Below, piece by piece: positions 28,326 to 38,454 of a stretch of DNA of 64,000 nucleotides (its first letter is position 1; each line of letters begins with the position of its first letter). The notes under the pieces were generated by a model, which ran no database searches, was not told where the DNA came from, and worked only from the letters and a program-made list of their open reading frames with translations. The stretch is from an uncultured virus (IMG/VR IMGVR_UViG_3300028809_000010) (lineage: Duplodnaviria; Heunggongvirae; Uroviricota; Caudoviricetes): the IMG/VR virus record IMGVR_UViG_3300028809_000010. One strand, written 5' to 3'. The position numbers and the translations under genes are program-made.

Positions 28326-28640
28326 ATGTCGCGCGACGAATACACCAAGCACCCCGATGACGTTCTCGACTACGTATTCGACTGGGCCGACTGGCTTTCG
28401 ACGGATGCGGACACGATTGTCGACTCCGACATAACCGTCACTCCGGCCACCTCACCCGCGCTGGCTATCGACGACCCGGTCCCGCACATCACCCTGCCGA
28501 CGAATGTTCGGGTCTGGTGCTCCAGCGGCCTCGACGGGCAGCGCTACATCGTGCGCAACCGAATCACAACTGCCGGTGGCAGGACAAAAACCAGTTCCAT
28601 CACCATCTCGGTGACAAGCAAAGTTCAGCAGGTGATGTAA
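28326..28640 (+). CDS. Putative tail-fibre adaptor / virion protein
   Basis: KHPDDVLDYVFDW..WL...VWCSSG..G..Y..RNRITT.GGRT pattern. Confidence 0.65.
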   Translation: MSRDEYTKHPDDVLDYVFDWADWLSTDADTIVDSDITVTPATSPALAIDDPVPHITLPTNVRVWCSSGLDGQRYIVRNRITTAGGRTKTSSITISVTSKVQQVM

Positions 28641-29210
28641 ATGGCCGAGGAAGTTTACAACTGGAATATGCGAGCCAAGGTGCTCAAGTATGACGGTGAG
28701 CTGGTCCGGAATTTCGTGGCTACCCACGGATTCGAGCCGAAGCAGGCTGATTTCGAGGCGTACGGGATTCTTCCGACGGACGAAGTCGAGATCGACGGCA
28801 ATGGCCTGCTGAACGGCGGCAAGCAGCGCATCAGCGATCTGATCACCGGCACCGGCTCCCCCCAGGCGTTCAACCTGGCTCGGGGCGTGGCAGGCGTCGG
28901 CAACGGCACTGGTGGCTTCTCGGCGGCCCATACGTCGCTCCAGGGCGCCAGCCAGTATTACCTGGGTCTCGACGCCGCCCCCACCAGCGTGACCGGCGTG
29001 ATCACCGCCTCGGCAACGTTCGGTGCGGGCATCGCGGAGTTCACCTGGGAGGAATGGGGCTGGGCCATCGCCACGGCCGCCCCGGTCCCCAACGCGAGCT
29101 TCGCCACCGCGACCACTTCCGGCGTGATGCTGAACCGCAAGCTCCAGACCCTCGGCGGCAAGTCGGGTGGCGCGGTGTGGGTTCTCCAGGCCACCGCAAC
29201 CCAGAGCTGA
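28641..29210 (+). CDS. Putative virion/minor tail protein
   Basis: ATFGAGIAEFTWEEWG...MLNRK...LGGK...W. Confidence 0.6.
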   Translation: MAEEVYNWNMRAKVLKYDGELVRNFVATHGFEPKQADFEAYGILPTDEVEIDGNGLLNGGKQRISDLITGTGSPQAFNLARGVAGVGNGTGGFSAAHTSLQGASQYYLGLDAAPTSVTGVITASATFGAGIAEFTWEEWGWAIATAAPVPNASFATATTSGVMLNRKLQTLGGKSGGAVWVLQATATQS

Positions 29211-29211
29211 T

Positions 29212-29634
29212 ATGCCCTGGCAGCAGTCCGGAGGTGCACAGTCCGCCGGGCTCAGCTTCCGGTCGGCTGGCACCTACAACATCCCCCTCAACGCCGCGCT
29301 TTCGGGATGGCGGGCTCAGATCTCCGGCAACGGCATCCGTGTCACCGGTAGCGGTCCTTTCCGGGTCACCATCCGAATCGACGCCGCCGCGAACATCCAG
29401 GCCCTGGTCCGGGTCAGCGGCTCGGTAACCAACCTGCTGACCGCCTCTCTGTCCGATCCATCGACGACGTCGGGCCAGCTGCACCTCGCCGACGGATCAG
29501 TCCTCGAGCTCTGGTGCACCTGGCCGTCGGGCACCAACTCCGTCGCGGCAGGGGCCAACAGCTACGTCACGTTCGAGCCCGTCGGCCCCACCACGTCCGG
29601 CGGCCTGACCATCCCGCGCTCGGCGCTCTACTAG
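29212..29634 (+). CDS. Putative virion protein (beta-rich)
   Basis: Gly/Ser/Thr-rich; within the structural operon. Confidence 0.5.
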   Translation: MPWQQSGGAQSAGLSFRSAGTYNIPLNAALSGWRAQISGNGIRVTGSGPFRVTIRIDAAANIQALVRVSGSVTNLLTASLSDPSTTSGQLHLADGSVLELWCTWPSGTNSVAAGANSYVTFEPVGPTTSGGLTIPRSALY

Positions 29635-29642
29635 GAGGTCTC

Positions 29643-30149
29643 ATGGCCGCCCCATGCTTCATCGCCTACAACGCAGCCATGCCGACTTCGGCACCTCCGG
29701 CTCATGCGAATGTCGGAACTTCCCTGACTCGCGTTGTGCTCCAGATCGTTCCGAGCACCACGAAGAAGATCCGCATCGTCGAGTGGGGGTACACCTTCGC
29801 GGTCGCTCCCGCCAACAACGTGCGGATGGAGCTGCTGGACGCCGGGGCAACTTACGCGACCGGCCTGACAGCGCACGTGAGCTCGGGCGTGGCCCCGTAC
29901 AACGACGCGAACGGCGGAACCTCGACGGTGCAGCTGGGGACGGCCCTGACGGGGCACGGCGTGATCAACGCTTCGGCGCCCTCAGCGGTTCGGCCCCTGG
30001 CCTACCAGTACGAGAACGGCCTGTACTTCAAGCAGCAATTCCCTCTCGGGCGGGAGCCGGAGATCGCCGCCGGTAACGCCTGCTGGGTGCGGGTGACCAC
30101 GGCTGCTTCGGCCGTCGACGTCTCCACGTACGTGATCTGGGAAGAGTGA
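29643..30149 (+). CDS. Putative virion protein
   Basis: AGGAGG RBS; QFPLGREPE...WEE C-terminus. Confidence 0.55.
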   Translation: MAAPCFIAYNAAMPTSAPPAHANVGTSLTRVVLQIVPSTTKKIRIVEWGYTFAVAPANNVRMELLDAGATYATGLTAHVSSGVAPYNDANGGTSTVQLGTALTGHGVINASAPSAVRPLAYQYENGLYFKQQFPLGREPEIAAGNACWVRVTTAASAVDVSTYVIWEE

Positions 30150-30163
30150 CCCGGAGGTAATTC

Positions 30164-30889
30164 ATGGCCAGGCTGGGTAGATCTCGCCCGGCGTCCGCCT
30201 ACCTGGTCAAGTCCAAGGCAGCGGCTGGCGCTGAAGTAACCGTTCCCGTCACCGACACGATCACCTGGACCGACGACGCCACTGTCTCGGCCACAGCCCC
30301 GGGTGTCGACACAATCACGTGGGGCTCGGAGGACGCCCAGGTTCGCACGGTCGGCTCCGACACACTCACCCTCACCGAGTCTGCCCAGATCGCGGCGAAG
30401 GCAACGGAATCCATCACCTGGGCCGACGACGCCCGCGTGATCGTTCTGGGTCAGGACAATCTCACCTGGACCGACAACGGCGGCTTCGCCGAACTGGTCG
30501 GACCCTCGGGCGAGCAGCTGTTCTGGTCTGACGACGCCCGCGTGATCGTGCTGGCCTCCGAAGACATGGGCTTCACCGACACGGCCGCACCGAACATCGG
30601 CATCCCCAAAGCCGCGTCCGAGGACATCACCTGGACCGAGTCCGCGTCGGTCGCGTCGAGCATCTTCTCCGCCGAGACCATCACGTGGGCCGAGACGGCG
30701 AAGGTGATCGTCCTGGCCGCCGACAGCGTGACCTGGTTCGAAAAGGCCGACCTGATCGTCAACGGGCATATCCGGGCCGACCGGGTTCGCCTGGCCGACA
30801 AGGAACGCCGCCGCCAGAGGGTCCGGCCGCTCGAGCGCCGAATCGTCATCCAGGCCGAGGACCGCACCCGGAGAGCGAGGCCCGAATGA
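30164..30889 (+). CDS. Fibre-like protein with repeated D/E-x-I-T-W-x-D/E units
   Basis: About 11 repeats of roughly 17 aa; Arg-rich C-terminus. Confidence 0.6.
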   Translation: MARLGRSRPASAYLVKSKAAAGAEVTVPVTDTITWTDDATVSATAPGVDTITWGSEDAQVRTVGSDTLTLTESAQIAAKATESITWADDARVIVLGQDNLTWTDNGGFAELVGPSGEQLFWSDDARVIVLASEDMGFTDTAAPNIGIPKAASEDITWTESASVASSIFSAETITWAETAKVIVLAADSVTWFEKADLIVNGHIRADRVRLADKERRRQRVRPLERRIVIQAEDRTRRARPE

Positions 30890-31302
30890 CCGATCCGGAA
30901 ATCGACGCCTACCTGGACAAGCTCGACCAGGAGTCGGGTGAAGACGGCCCACTGTCGGCGGCGGCCAAGTCCGGCTCGACCCGCAGGGCCCTTGTCGCAC
31001 TGAGGGACATTCTCGCCCACGAGATCGAGGGCAACCGCTGCAAGACCTGCCGGATGACGCAGATGCGCACCGGCGAACTCTCCGCGCTGGCTCTGCGCTT
31101 CCAGAAGGTCATCGAAGACCTCGAGGCGCTGCCCGACGACGAACAGCCGGACAAGCCGGTACCCGAGGGGGTGACGAGTCTTGCCTCCATTCGCAATCGA
31201 CGACCATCCAATGGGGTGGCAACGTCCCCCGATCCTGCACGTCCCAACCTCGGCACAAAGTCTGCACCTCGACGACAAGGCGGCCGTAAGAGGTCTGGGT
31301 GA
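30886..31302 (+). CDS. Terminase small subunit
   Basis: Directly before TerL; ALVALRDILAHEI...LSALALRF...LEAL. Confidence 0.75.
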   Translation: MTDPEIDAYLDKLDQESGEDGPLSAAAKSGSTRRALVALRDILAHEIEGNRCKTCRMTQMRTGELSALALRFQKVIEDLEALPDDEQPDKPVPEGVTSLASIRNRRPSNGVATSPDPARPNLGTKSAPRRQGGRKRSG

Positions 31303-32761
31303 CGAAGCGATCGACCTGGCCACCTTCGCCGGGCTCGAGCTCGATGAGTGGCAGCGGTTCGTCATCCGACAGATGGCCGCCACGACCACCGAGGAATTCT
31401 GGAACCCGTACACCGAGCGCGTCGAAAACAAATGGGCCGCAAGCGAATACGGGCTCATGGTCAGTCGTCAGAACGGCAAGGGCAGCATCCTCGAAGCGCG
31501 TGAACTGGCGGGCCTTTTCATCTTCGGTGAGCGCCTGATCATCCACTCCGCGCACCAGGCCGACACCAGCTTCGAAGCCTTCAACCGCATCATGCAGTTG
31601 ATCGAGCAGACCCCGGACCTCGAGCGCGAGGTAGCCCGGGTTTCCCGCTCCCACGGCACCGAGGGCATCGAGCTCAAGTCGGGCCAGCGCCTGCGTTTCC
31701 GAACCAGGACCAAAGGCGGCGGCCGAGGCTTCACAGCGGACTGCATCATCTTCGACGAGGCGATGCTGGAGCTGACCTCCACGCAGATCGCCGCCATCAT
31801 GCCGACCGTCTCCGCGCGCCCGAACCCGCAGATGATCTACACCGGCTCGGCAGGCACCAAGGAAGCCGAGCACTTCGGTCGCGTCCGGGCTCGAGCCCTC
31901 AAAGGCGGCGACCCCCACATGGGCTGGTCGGAATGGTCGATCACCCCCTGCAACTACTTCTGCCCGATCGACTGCGACGAGCACGACTCGCCCGACGATC
32001 CCGCCAGCCACGCAAAAGCCAATCCCGCTATGGGAATTCGGATTACCGCCGAGCACATCATGAAGGAGCGCCGGGCCATGTCGCTCGAGACCTTCCTTCA
32101 GGAGCGCTGCGGCGTGGGTGACTGGCCTTCCGACGGCGACGGCTGGTCCGTGATCGACCGCGACGCCTGGGAAGGCCGGGAGAACCAGCTTTCGAGTCTG
32201 GTCGGCAAGTTCGCTATTGCCATCGACACGGCCCCGAAGGCGAGCTATTCCTGCATCTCCGCCGTCGGCCTGAACGAATTCGGTGACTTCCATTGCGAAA
32301 TCACCAAGGAGGGCGACGAGAACGGTGAGGGCCTGTTCGATTACCGGCAGGGCATTCGCTGGGTCGTTCCTCGCGTGCTGGCGATCTGGAAGGCCAACCG
32401 GCCCGCGTTCGTCGTCATCGACAAGGCATCTCCGGCGGGCACGCTGATCGAAGAGCTTGAAAGCCACGGCGTGAAAGTCGTGTCGCCGACGATCCGCGAG
32501 TTCGCGCAGGCGTGTGGCGACGTGAAAGACGGCTTCGCCCCGCGTGATCCGAGAAATGCAACCCACATTCACCTGAACCAGGCTCCGCTGAATCTGGCCG
32601 TGGCGAACGCGGAAATGCTGCCTCTCCAAGATCTCTGGCGCTTCTCCAAGTCTGCGAGCTCCGCCGACGTAACTCCACTGACATGTGTGACCTTGGCCCA
32701 CTGGGGCTTCAAGCAGCACATCTACAAAAAGGCTTCGAAGCCTTGGGTGATTAGGCGGTGA
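31181..32761 (+). CDS. Terminase large subunit
   Basis: LDEWQ, SRQNGKG Walker A, IIFDEA Walker B, GSAG, ANPAMG, nuclease AIDT; start may be the ATG at 31211. Confidence 0.95.
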   Translation: MPPFAIDDHPMGWQRPPILHVPTSAQSLHLDDKAAVRGLGDEAIDLATFAGLELDEWQRFVIRQMAATTTEEFWNPYTERVENKWAASEYGLMVSRQNGKGSILEARELAGLFIFGERLIIHSAHQADTSFEAFNRIMQLIEQTPDLEREVARVSRSHGTEGIELKSGQRLRFRTRTKGGGRGFTADCIIFDEAMLELTSTQIAAIMPTVSARPNPQMIYTGSAGTKEAEHFGRVRARALKGGDPHMGWSEWSITPCNYFCPIDCDEHDSPDDPASHAKANPAMGIRITAEHIMKERRAMSLETFLQERCGVGDWPSDGDGWSVIDRDAWEGRENQLSSLVGKFAIAIDTAPKASYSCISAVGLNEFGDFHCEITKEGDENGEGLFDYRQGIRWVVPRVLAIWKANRPAFVVIDKASPAGTLIEELESHGVKVVSPTIREFAQACGDVKDGFAPRDPRNATHIHLNQAPLNLAVANAEMLPLQDLWRFSKSASSADVTPLTCVTLAHWGFKQHIYKKASKPWVIRR

Positions 32762-32765
32762 GCGA

Positions 32766-32912
32766 ATGCTCGTCAAAAAGGAAGAACTCGCTGTCGCCGG
32801 AACCGGCCTCGCACTCATAACCGCTGGGGCCGTGTGGCTCTGGGGTCCTATTCCGCTGATCGTGGCCGGTGTCATCGTCGTCTTCGCTGCCTTCGCACTC
32901 GACTTTCTGTGA
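32766..32912 (+). CDS. Small membrane protein between TerL and portal
   Basis: Two hydrophobic segments. Confidence 0.6.
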   Translation: MLVKKEELAVAGTGLALITAGAVWLWGPIPLIVAGVIVVFAAFALDFL

Positions 32913-32923
32913 GGTGGTGACGG

Positions 32924-34480
32924 ATGGCTAGCTTCTGGTCCCGCCTGCGTAAGAAGGACGAACCCGAGACCCGCGACCTGTCGATCAACGACTGGATCTC
33001 GCAGATGAAGTCCCAGCAGACCTTCGGGTATCGGGGCAATCGCGAGACAGCCAAGCAAGAGTCCATCGGCGACCAATTCATCGAATACGTCCACGGCGCC
33101 TATCGCTCGAGCGGTGTGGTTTTCGCCTGCTGCCAGGCCCGCCAAATCATCTTCTCCGAGGCGCGGTTCGCGTTCCAGGACATCAGCAACTACCGCCCCG
33201 GCGACCTGGCTGACGGCCCGGAGCTGGATCTGCTCGACGTTCCCTGGGAGGGCGGCACTACCGGCGAGCTGCTGGCGCGGGCCATCCAGGACGTCGACTT
33301 GTCGGGCAACCACTACGTCGTCAAGGAGTACAAGGGCGAGGGCAAGTGGCAGCTACGCAGGCTCCGGCCCGACTGGGTCGACATCGTCCTGACGGCGGAC
33401 CCGAAGATGGCTCGCCAGGCCGACATCGACGGCTACCTCTACCGGCCGGACCGGACCGAGGACAAGAGGCTGTGGGAGTACTTCCCGGTCGACGGCTCCA
33501 ACGGCCGCATCGCGCACTGGGCACCCATTCCTGACCCCGAGGCCATGTTCCGGGGCATGTCGTGGCTGACGCCGGTTGTCCGGGAAATCATGGGCGACAA
33601 AGCCATTTCCGACCACAAGCTCAAGTTCTTCGAGAACGCCGCGACGCCGAATCTGTCGGTCAGCCTGAAAGAGACCGTTTCGAAAGAGGACTTCGAGGAG
33701 TTCGTCGAGGCGATGGATGCCACGAAGGTCGGTGTCGAACATGCCTACGAAACGCTCTATCTCGGCGGCGGCGCGGATGTTCAGGTCATCGGCGCGAACG
33801 TCCAGCAGATGGATTTCAAGGTTGTCACTGCGATCGGTGAGACCCGAATTGCCGCCGCTGCCCGAGTGCCTGCAAGTGTTGCCGGTATCTCGGAAGGATT
33901 AGGCGGCTCGAGCCTCAACGAAGGCAACTTCAACGCCGCCAAGGACCAATTCGCTTCCGGCACACTCCGTCCACTCTGGCGTTCCATTTGCGCCGCCTAC
34001 GCCCCACTGATCCAGGTGCCGAAGGGCAAGCGCCTCTGGTTCGACGACAGGGACATCAGTTTCCTGCGAGAGGACCAGCTCAAGGTCGCCCAGCGGTTCC
34101 AGATCGACGTCACCTCGGTTACCCGACTGGTGATGAACGGCTGGAAACCGGATGAGTCGGTTCGGGCCGTCCAGGAACGCAACCTGGGTCTGCTCGTCGG
34201 CGCGCATTCGGGCCTGTACTCGGTGCAGCTGCTTCCGCCGGAGGTCAGCAAGCCAGATCTCGCTGCGGCGAAAAAGGCCGAGGCGGATGCAGAACAAGCC
34301 AAGGGCGACAAGAAGAAAGACCCGCCCGCGAACCAACAAGGAACAGGCTCGAAGCGTCGACCCGGCCCCGGCAGGCCATCGAAGTCCGAAACCAAATCCG
34401 ACGAATGGCTAGACGCCGTCCGGGATGGCGAGGACTGGCGCGAGGACTGGGAGGACGAAGATGACCAAACTGACCCGTGA
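32924..34480 (+). CDS. Portal protein (HK97-like)
   Basis: VFAC, GNHY, LRPDWV, RGMSWL, FFENAATP, IAAAARVP. Confidence 0.92.
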   Translation: MASFWSRLRKKDEPETRDLSINDWISQMKSQQTFGYRGNRETAKQESIGDQFIEYVHGAYRSSGVVFACCQARQIIFSEARFAFQDISNYRPGDLADGPELDLLDVPWEGGTTGELLARAIQDVDLSGNHYVVKEYKGEGKWQLRRLRPDWVDIVLTADPKMARQADIDGYLYRPDRTEDKRLWEYFPVDGSNGRIAHWAPIPDPEAMFRGMSWLTPVVREIMGDKAISDHKLKFFENAATPNLSVSLKETVSKEDFEEFVEAMDATKVGVEHAYETLYLGGGADVQVIGANVQQMDFKVVTAIGETRIAAAARVPASVAGISEGLGGSSLNEGNFNAAKDQFASGTLRPLWRSICAAYAPLIQVPKGKRLWFDDRDISFLREDQLKVAQRFQIDVTSVTRLVMNGWKPDESVRAVQERNLGLLVGAHSGLYSVQLLPPEVSKPDLAAAKKAEADAEQAKGDKKKDPPANQQGTGSKRRPGPGRPSKSETKSDEWLDAVRDGEDWREDWEDEDDQTDP

Positions 34481-36779
34481 TTTCGAATTCCGGAGCGGCG
34501 GCGGGGACGGTGACGACGGTTTCACGCTGACTGGCTATGCGGCGGTGTTCAACCAGGACACCCAAATCCGCAGCTGGGAAGGAACATTTACCGAGCGCAT
34601 CGCCCCCGGGGCTTTCCGAAAGACGCTGCGCGAGAACCCGAACGTGATGATGCAGTTCAATCACGGGCACGACGTTCGGGTGGGCACGGTCCCGATCGGC
34701 CGCTTCACTGAAATGCGCGAAGACGAGCAGGGCCTCTTCGTCCAGGGACGACTGAACGACAACGACGTTGTGGAGCCGATCCGCCAGGCGCTGGTCGACA
34801 AGCAGATTCCCGGTATGTCGTTCCGGTTCATCGTCGTTCGCGATGAGTGGGCCGATAAGGACGGCAAGAAGATCCGCTCCGCTAACGAACTTGCCGAGAT
34901 GCTGTACAACCCGGACCACGAACGCGGGCCCCTTCAGCGCACGATCAAGGAACTCCGGATCTCCGAGGCGGGACCGGTCACTTCCCCGGCTTATCCACAG
35001 ACCTCGGTAGGCGTGCGCAGCGCGGAGGATCTTGGCGAGGCCGAGCGGGCTGACATTGCCGCCAGCTACGTCCGAACCGCGCAGCTGGAGTCCGAAGAGC
35101 GCAGCGACGATCACAGCGACCACGTTCACTTCCGTTCCGACGACGTCGAAGCCTGGCTCGAAGCCGAACGTGCCTTCAACTGGCTCGAAGCCGAACGTGC
35201 CTTCAACTGGCTCGAAGCCGAGCGCACACATCAATGGCTGGAAGCCGAAAAGGCCCATGCCGCAAAGACCCCGAGTGACGCCGACCGCCAGGTCACCTCG
35301 CTCGATACCCCGAAGTCCGACGCCGCCAAAAGCACCTCGGAGAAGCGGGACATCCCCACGAAATCCAAGAAGAAAGAGGCACGGGTTATGACCCTCGCTG
35401 AACTTCGCGAGCACCTGGCGGTCCTTCAGGGCCAGCGTGACGCACTGAACGACGAATACGGCGAACGCGCCATGTCCGACGAGGACCAGGCGACCTTCGA
35501 CAAGCTGACCTCCGACGCCGAGCGCACCGAGCGTCAGATCAAGGCCATCGAGAAGCGCCTGGCCGAGGCCAAGGGCAATGTCTCCGAGCGCACCATCGAC
35601 GGCGCCCCGGGCTTCCGCAAGAGCGTGGACGAGGACGAGCTCCACGACATGGACGCCATCCGCGCCAGCGCCCGGTCCCTCGACGACCTCGTGGTCAAGA
35701 AGACCGACGCGGCCAAGCGGATCGCCGAGCGCATGAACTGGGCCACCACGGAGCGGACCGAGTCCAAGGATCACGCGATCTACCTGCTGGACAAGGACTA
35801 CACCGGCGAGCTGGCCGAGCGCATGATCAACGCGGGCTCCAAGGCGTACGAGCGTGCCTGGTCGAAGTACGCGGCAGGCAAGGCGATCGGCGGCCTGACC
35901 TTCGAGGAGCAGCGCGCCCTCCAGCTGGGTAGCGATCCCGACGGTGGCTTCGCCGTCCCCGTTCAGCTCGACCCCACGGTCATCTGGACCTCGGCGGGTG
36001 TCGTCAACCCGATCCGCTCGCTGGCGACGGTCAAGACGATCACCGGCAAGGAATACCAGGGTGTGACCTCGGGTGGCACCACGGTCTCGCGTTCGCTGGA
36101 AGGCGCCGAGTTCGCGGAGAACACCTGGACCCTGGGCCAGCCGACCATCCGCACCGAGCGCGTGACCGGCTACACCACGTTCACCTACGAGGCCGAGGCA
36201 TGGAACGCCATCCGCGAGGAGATCGTCTTCGCGCTGCGCGACGCCAAGGACCGTGAGGAGGCCGAATCCTACACCAACGGCAACGGCACCTCGCCTGCTC
36301 CGTTCGGCCTGGTTTCGACCCACGCGGCCCCGAACCTGGTCGACACCGCCGTCACTGCCGCGTTCTCGGACGTCGACCTGTACGCGGTGAAGGAGGCTCT
36401 CGATCCTCGCTACCGTGCGGGCGCCGTCTGGATGATGGACGAGGGCATCGTTCACCAGATCCGCATGTGGGCGCAGAACGACGGCCCGGACCTGATCCAG
36501 CGCATCGACGGCCCCAACCCGGATCGCCTGCTGGGCTTCTCGGTTCACGAGAACTTCAACATGTCCTCGGCCCTGACCGCCGGTACGAAGATCGCGGTCT
36601 TCGGTGACCTGAAGGGTTACTACATCGTCGACCGCGTCGGCATGTCCATCGAGGTCAACCAGATGGTCCTCGGCCCGAACCGTCGTCCGACCGGCCAGCG
36701 TGGCATCGCCGCCTACTGGATGAACAACGCCAAGTGGTGGGTTCCCGGTTCGGCGAAGACCCTGAAGATCAAGGCGTGA
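34461..36779 (+). CDS. Prohead protease-major capsid protein fusion (internal capsid start probably at 35388)
   Basis: HK97 protease motifs GYAAVFN, FNHG, MSFRF, EAGPVTSPAY; then DGGFAVP...FGDLKGYYIVDR capsid; RBS before MTLAEL. Confidence 0.9.
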   Translation: MTKLTRDFEFRSGGGDGDDGFTLTGYAAVFNQDTQIRSWEGTFTERIAPGAFRKTLRENPNVMMQFNHGHDVRVGTVPIGRFTEMREDEQGLFVQGRLNDNDVVEPIRQALVDKQIPGMSFRFIVVRDEWADKDGKKIRSANELAEMLYNPDHERGPLQRTIKELRISEAGPVTSPAYPQTSVGVRSAEDLGEAERADIAASYVRTAQLESEERSDDHSDHVHFRSDDVEAWLEAERAFNWLEAERAFNWLEAERTHQWLEAEKAHAAKTPSDADRQVTSLDTPKSDAAKSTSEKRDIPTKSKKKEARVMTLAELREHLAVLQGQRDALNDEYGERAMSDEDQATFDKLTSDAERTERQIKAIEKRLAEAKGNVSERTIDGAPGFRKSVDEDELHDMDAIRASARSLDDLVVKKTDAAKRIAERMNWATTERTESKDHAIYLLDKDYTGELAERMINAGSKAYERAWSKYAAGKAIGGLTFEEQRALQLGSDPDGGFAVPVQLDPTVIWTSAGVVNPIRSLATVKTITGKEYQGVTSGGTTVSRSLEGAEFAENTWTLGQPTIRTERVTGYTTFTYEAEAWNAIREEIVFALRDAKDREEAESYTNGNGTSPAPFGLVSTHAAPNLVDTAVTAAFSDVDLYAVKEALDPRYRAGAVWMMDEGIVHQIRMWAQNDGPDLIQRIDGPNPDRLLGFSVHENFNMSSALTAGTKIAVFGDLKGYYIVDRVGMSIEVNQMVLGPNRRPTGQRGIAAYWMNNAKWWVPGSAKTLKIKA
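35154..35256 (+). repeat. 27-bp tandem repeat (about 4 units) encoding WLEAERAFN-like peptides
   Basis: TGGCTCGAAGCCGAACGTGCCTTCAAC twice exactly, plus two diverged copies. Confidence 0.9.
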
Positions 36780-36872
36780 CTTAAAGCCGGGCAATCGCAA
36801 CGCATTCCGACCCTGAGGGGTCCTTTTTTATGCCTGCGGTTGCCCGGCTTTGTCGGCCCGAAAGGAATTCTC

Positions 36873-37058
36873 ATGGCTGAAGTCAAAGCCACGAAGTCAT
36901 TTTCGTATCACGACGAGAGCTCCGGGCGCGCGGCAGTGGTCCGGGTCGGCCAGGTTCTCGACGAATCGCATCCCGCTGTGGCTGGCCGTGAGGCTTACTT
37001 CGAGGTCGTCGTGCCCCCCAAGCGCGGACCGGGCCGTCCCCCGAAGAACAGGGACTGA
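36873..37058 (+). CDS. Small head-associated protein
   Basis: Post-capsid position; VRVGQVLDESHPAV...KRGPGRPPK. Confidence 0.6.
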   Translation: MAEVKATKSFSYHDESSGRAAVVRVGQVLDESHPAVAGREAYFEVVVPPKRGPGRPPKNRD

Positions 37059-37060
37059 CC

Positions 37061-37678
37061 ATGGCTCTGGGTGATCCGTACGCGACGAAAGATCAGCTGT
37101 CGGCCTACCTGGAGCTCCAATCGGCCGCAGCCACCAGCAAGCAGGCCCTGCTCGAGCAGGCGGTGCTGGCGGCGTCCAAAGAGGTCGAGAACTTCTGCGG
37201 GCGCCAGTTCAACAAGGCCGACACCGCCTCTGCGCGTCTCTACCGTCCCTCCAGCTGCCGGTCCACCACGGTCGACGACTTCTGGAGCACCGACGGCCTG
37301 ATCATCCGAGTCGCTTATGCCAGTGGCACTTTCGGCTCGGAGTGGCTGGCCTCGGACTACCGGCTGTACCCGCTCAACGGCGTGGTCGACGGGGTCCCGG
37401 GGCGCCCGTATCGCCGCATCCACCTCAACAACCTGATCTGGTCGTTCACCAACGGCGAGCTGGTCGAGGTCACGGCGAAGTGGGGCTGGGCGACGGTTCC
37501 GGCAGACGTCCATCAGGCGACTCTGCTGCTGGCGGCCAAGCACTTCCACCAGAGGAAGTCCCCCGTCGGCGACAAGGCCGGGTTCTCCGAGTCCGGTGGC
37601 GTCGTCAAGGTCGGTGCGTCGGCGCAGGCGTGCAAGCTCCTCAAGGAGTACGCGATCGGTAAGGCGATGGTCGCATGA
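37061..37678 (+). CDS. Head-to-tail adaptor
   Basis: YAT...AASKEVENFCGRQF...VTAKWGWATVPADVHQATL. Confidence 0.85.
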   Translation: MALGDPYATKDQLSAYLELQSAAATSKQALLEQAVLAASKEVENFCGRQFNKADTASARLYRPSSCRSTTVDDFWSTDGLIIRVAYASGTFGSEWLASDYRLYPLNGVVDGVPGRPYRRIHLNNLIWSFTNGELVEVTAKWGWATVPADVHQATLLLAAKHFHQRKSPVGDKAGFSESGGVVKVGASAQACKLLKEYAIGKAMVA

Positions 37679-38097
37679 GCCGACCGACTCTCTGGGAGCT
37701 GCGGAAAGCCGTCAAGACGACGATCGCCAACTACTGCACGGTCCCGCTGAATCAGTACGGCGTCGTCGAGGACATGGGGGAGACCCCGGCCGTCATCGTC
37801 GAGCCCCGGAGTGCCGACTACGAAGGCGCTTTCGGTGGCCGCAGCGACGTGTGGAGTTTCAACCTGTTCGTCGTCGTCGCCCGCACAGACGCCGATTCGA
37901 ATTACGCCGAACTCGACGAGCTGATCTCCGGTTCCGGCGACGGCTCGATCGTCACTGCCCTGCGGGATCACTCGGATCTCGGAATCGACGGCGTGACAGC
38001 AACAGTCAAATCCATGACCGGATACGGCGGCTCTTTCCAGTGGTACGGCGAGCCCCATACCGGCGCAATTCTGCGCGTCGAAATCCTGGTCGACTAA
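37675..38097 (+). CDS. Tail terminator / completion protein
   Basis: Gene position; LDELISGSGDGSIVTAL...LG. Confidence 0.7.
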   Translation: MSRPTLWELRKAVKTTIANYCTVPLNQYGVVEDMGETPAVIVEPRSADYEGAFGGRSDVWSFNLFVVVARTDADSNYAELDELISGSGDGSIVTALRDHSDLGIDGVTATVKSMTGYGGSFQWYGEPHTGAILRVEILVD

Positions 38098-38109
38098 CAA
38101 AGAATAGAG

Positions 38110-38454
38110 GTGGGTGCAGTGGCTGCACTTGCTACTCAAAACCTTGTCAATGCGGGCACGGCACCTACCTTCGGTCCTGCGTCCGCTTCCGATACGGCTG
38201 CCGTCGGCAATGGCGGAAATACGTTCCTGGTCTACAAGAACACGAACGCCTCCTCCCGGACGGTCACGGTAGTCGTCAACGGGAATCTCGAATACGGGCT
38301 GCCCAAGCCTGATCCCACTTTCACCCTGGCTGCCACCAACGGCGAGGTCTGGATTCCCCTGCGTAAGGACTACGACAACGGCACCGGCCGCGCGGATATC
38401 ACCGTGACCCCCGCCGTTGCCGATGTAACTGTCGCGGTCGTGCGGGTGTCCTGA
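38110..38454 (+). CDS. Virion structural protein
   Basis: Gene position; beta-rich Ala/Thr composition. Confidence 0.6.
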   Translation: MGAVAALATQNLVNAGTAPTFGPASASDTAAVGNGGNTFLVYKNTNASSRTVTVVVNGNLEYGLPKPDPTFTLAATNGEVWIPLRKDYDNGTGRADITVTPAVADVTVAVVRVS

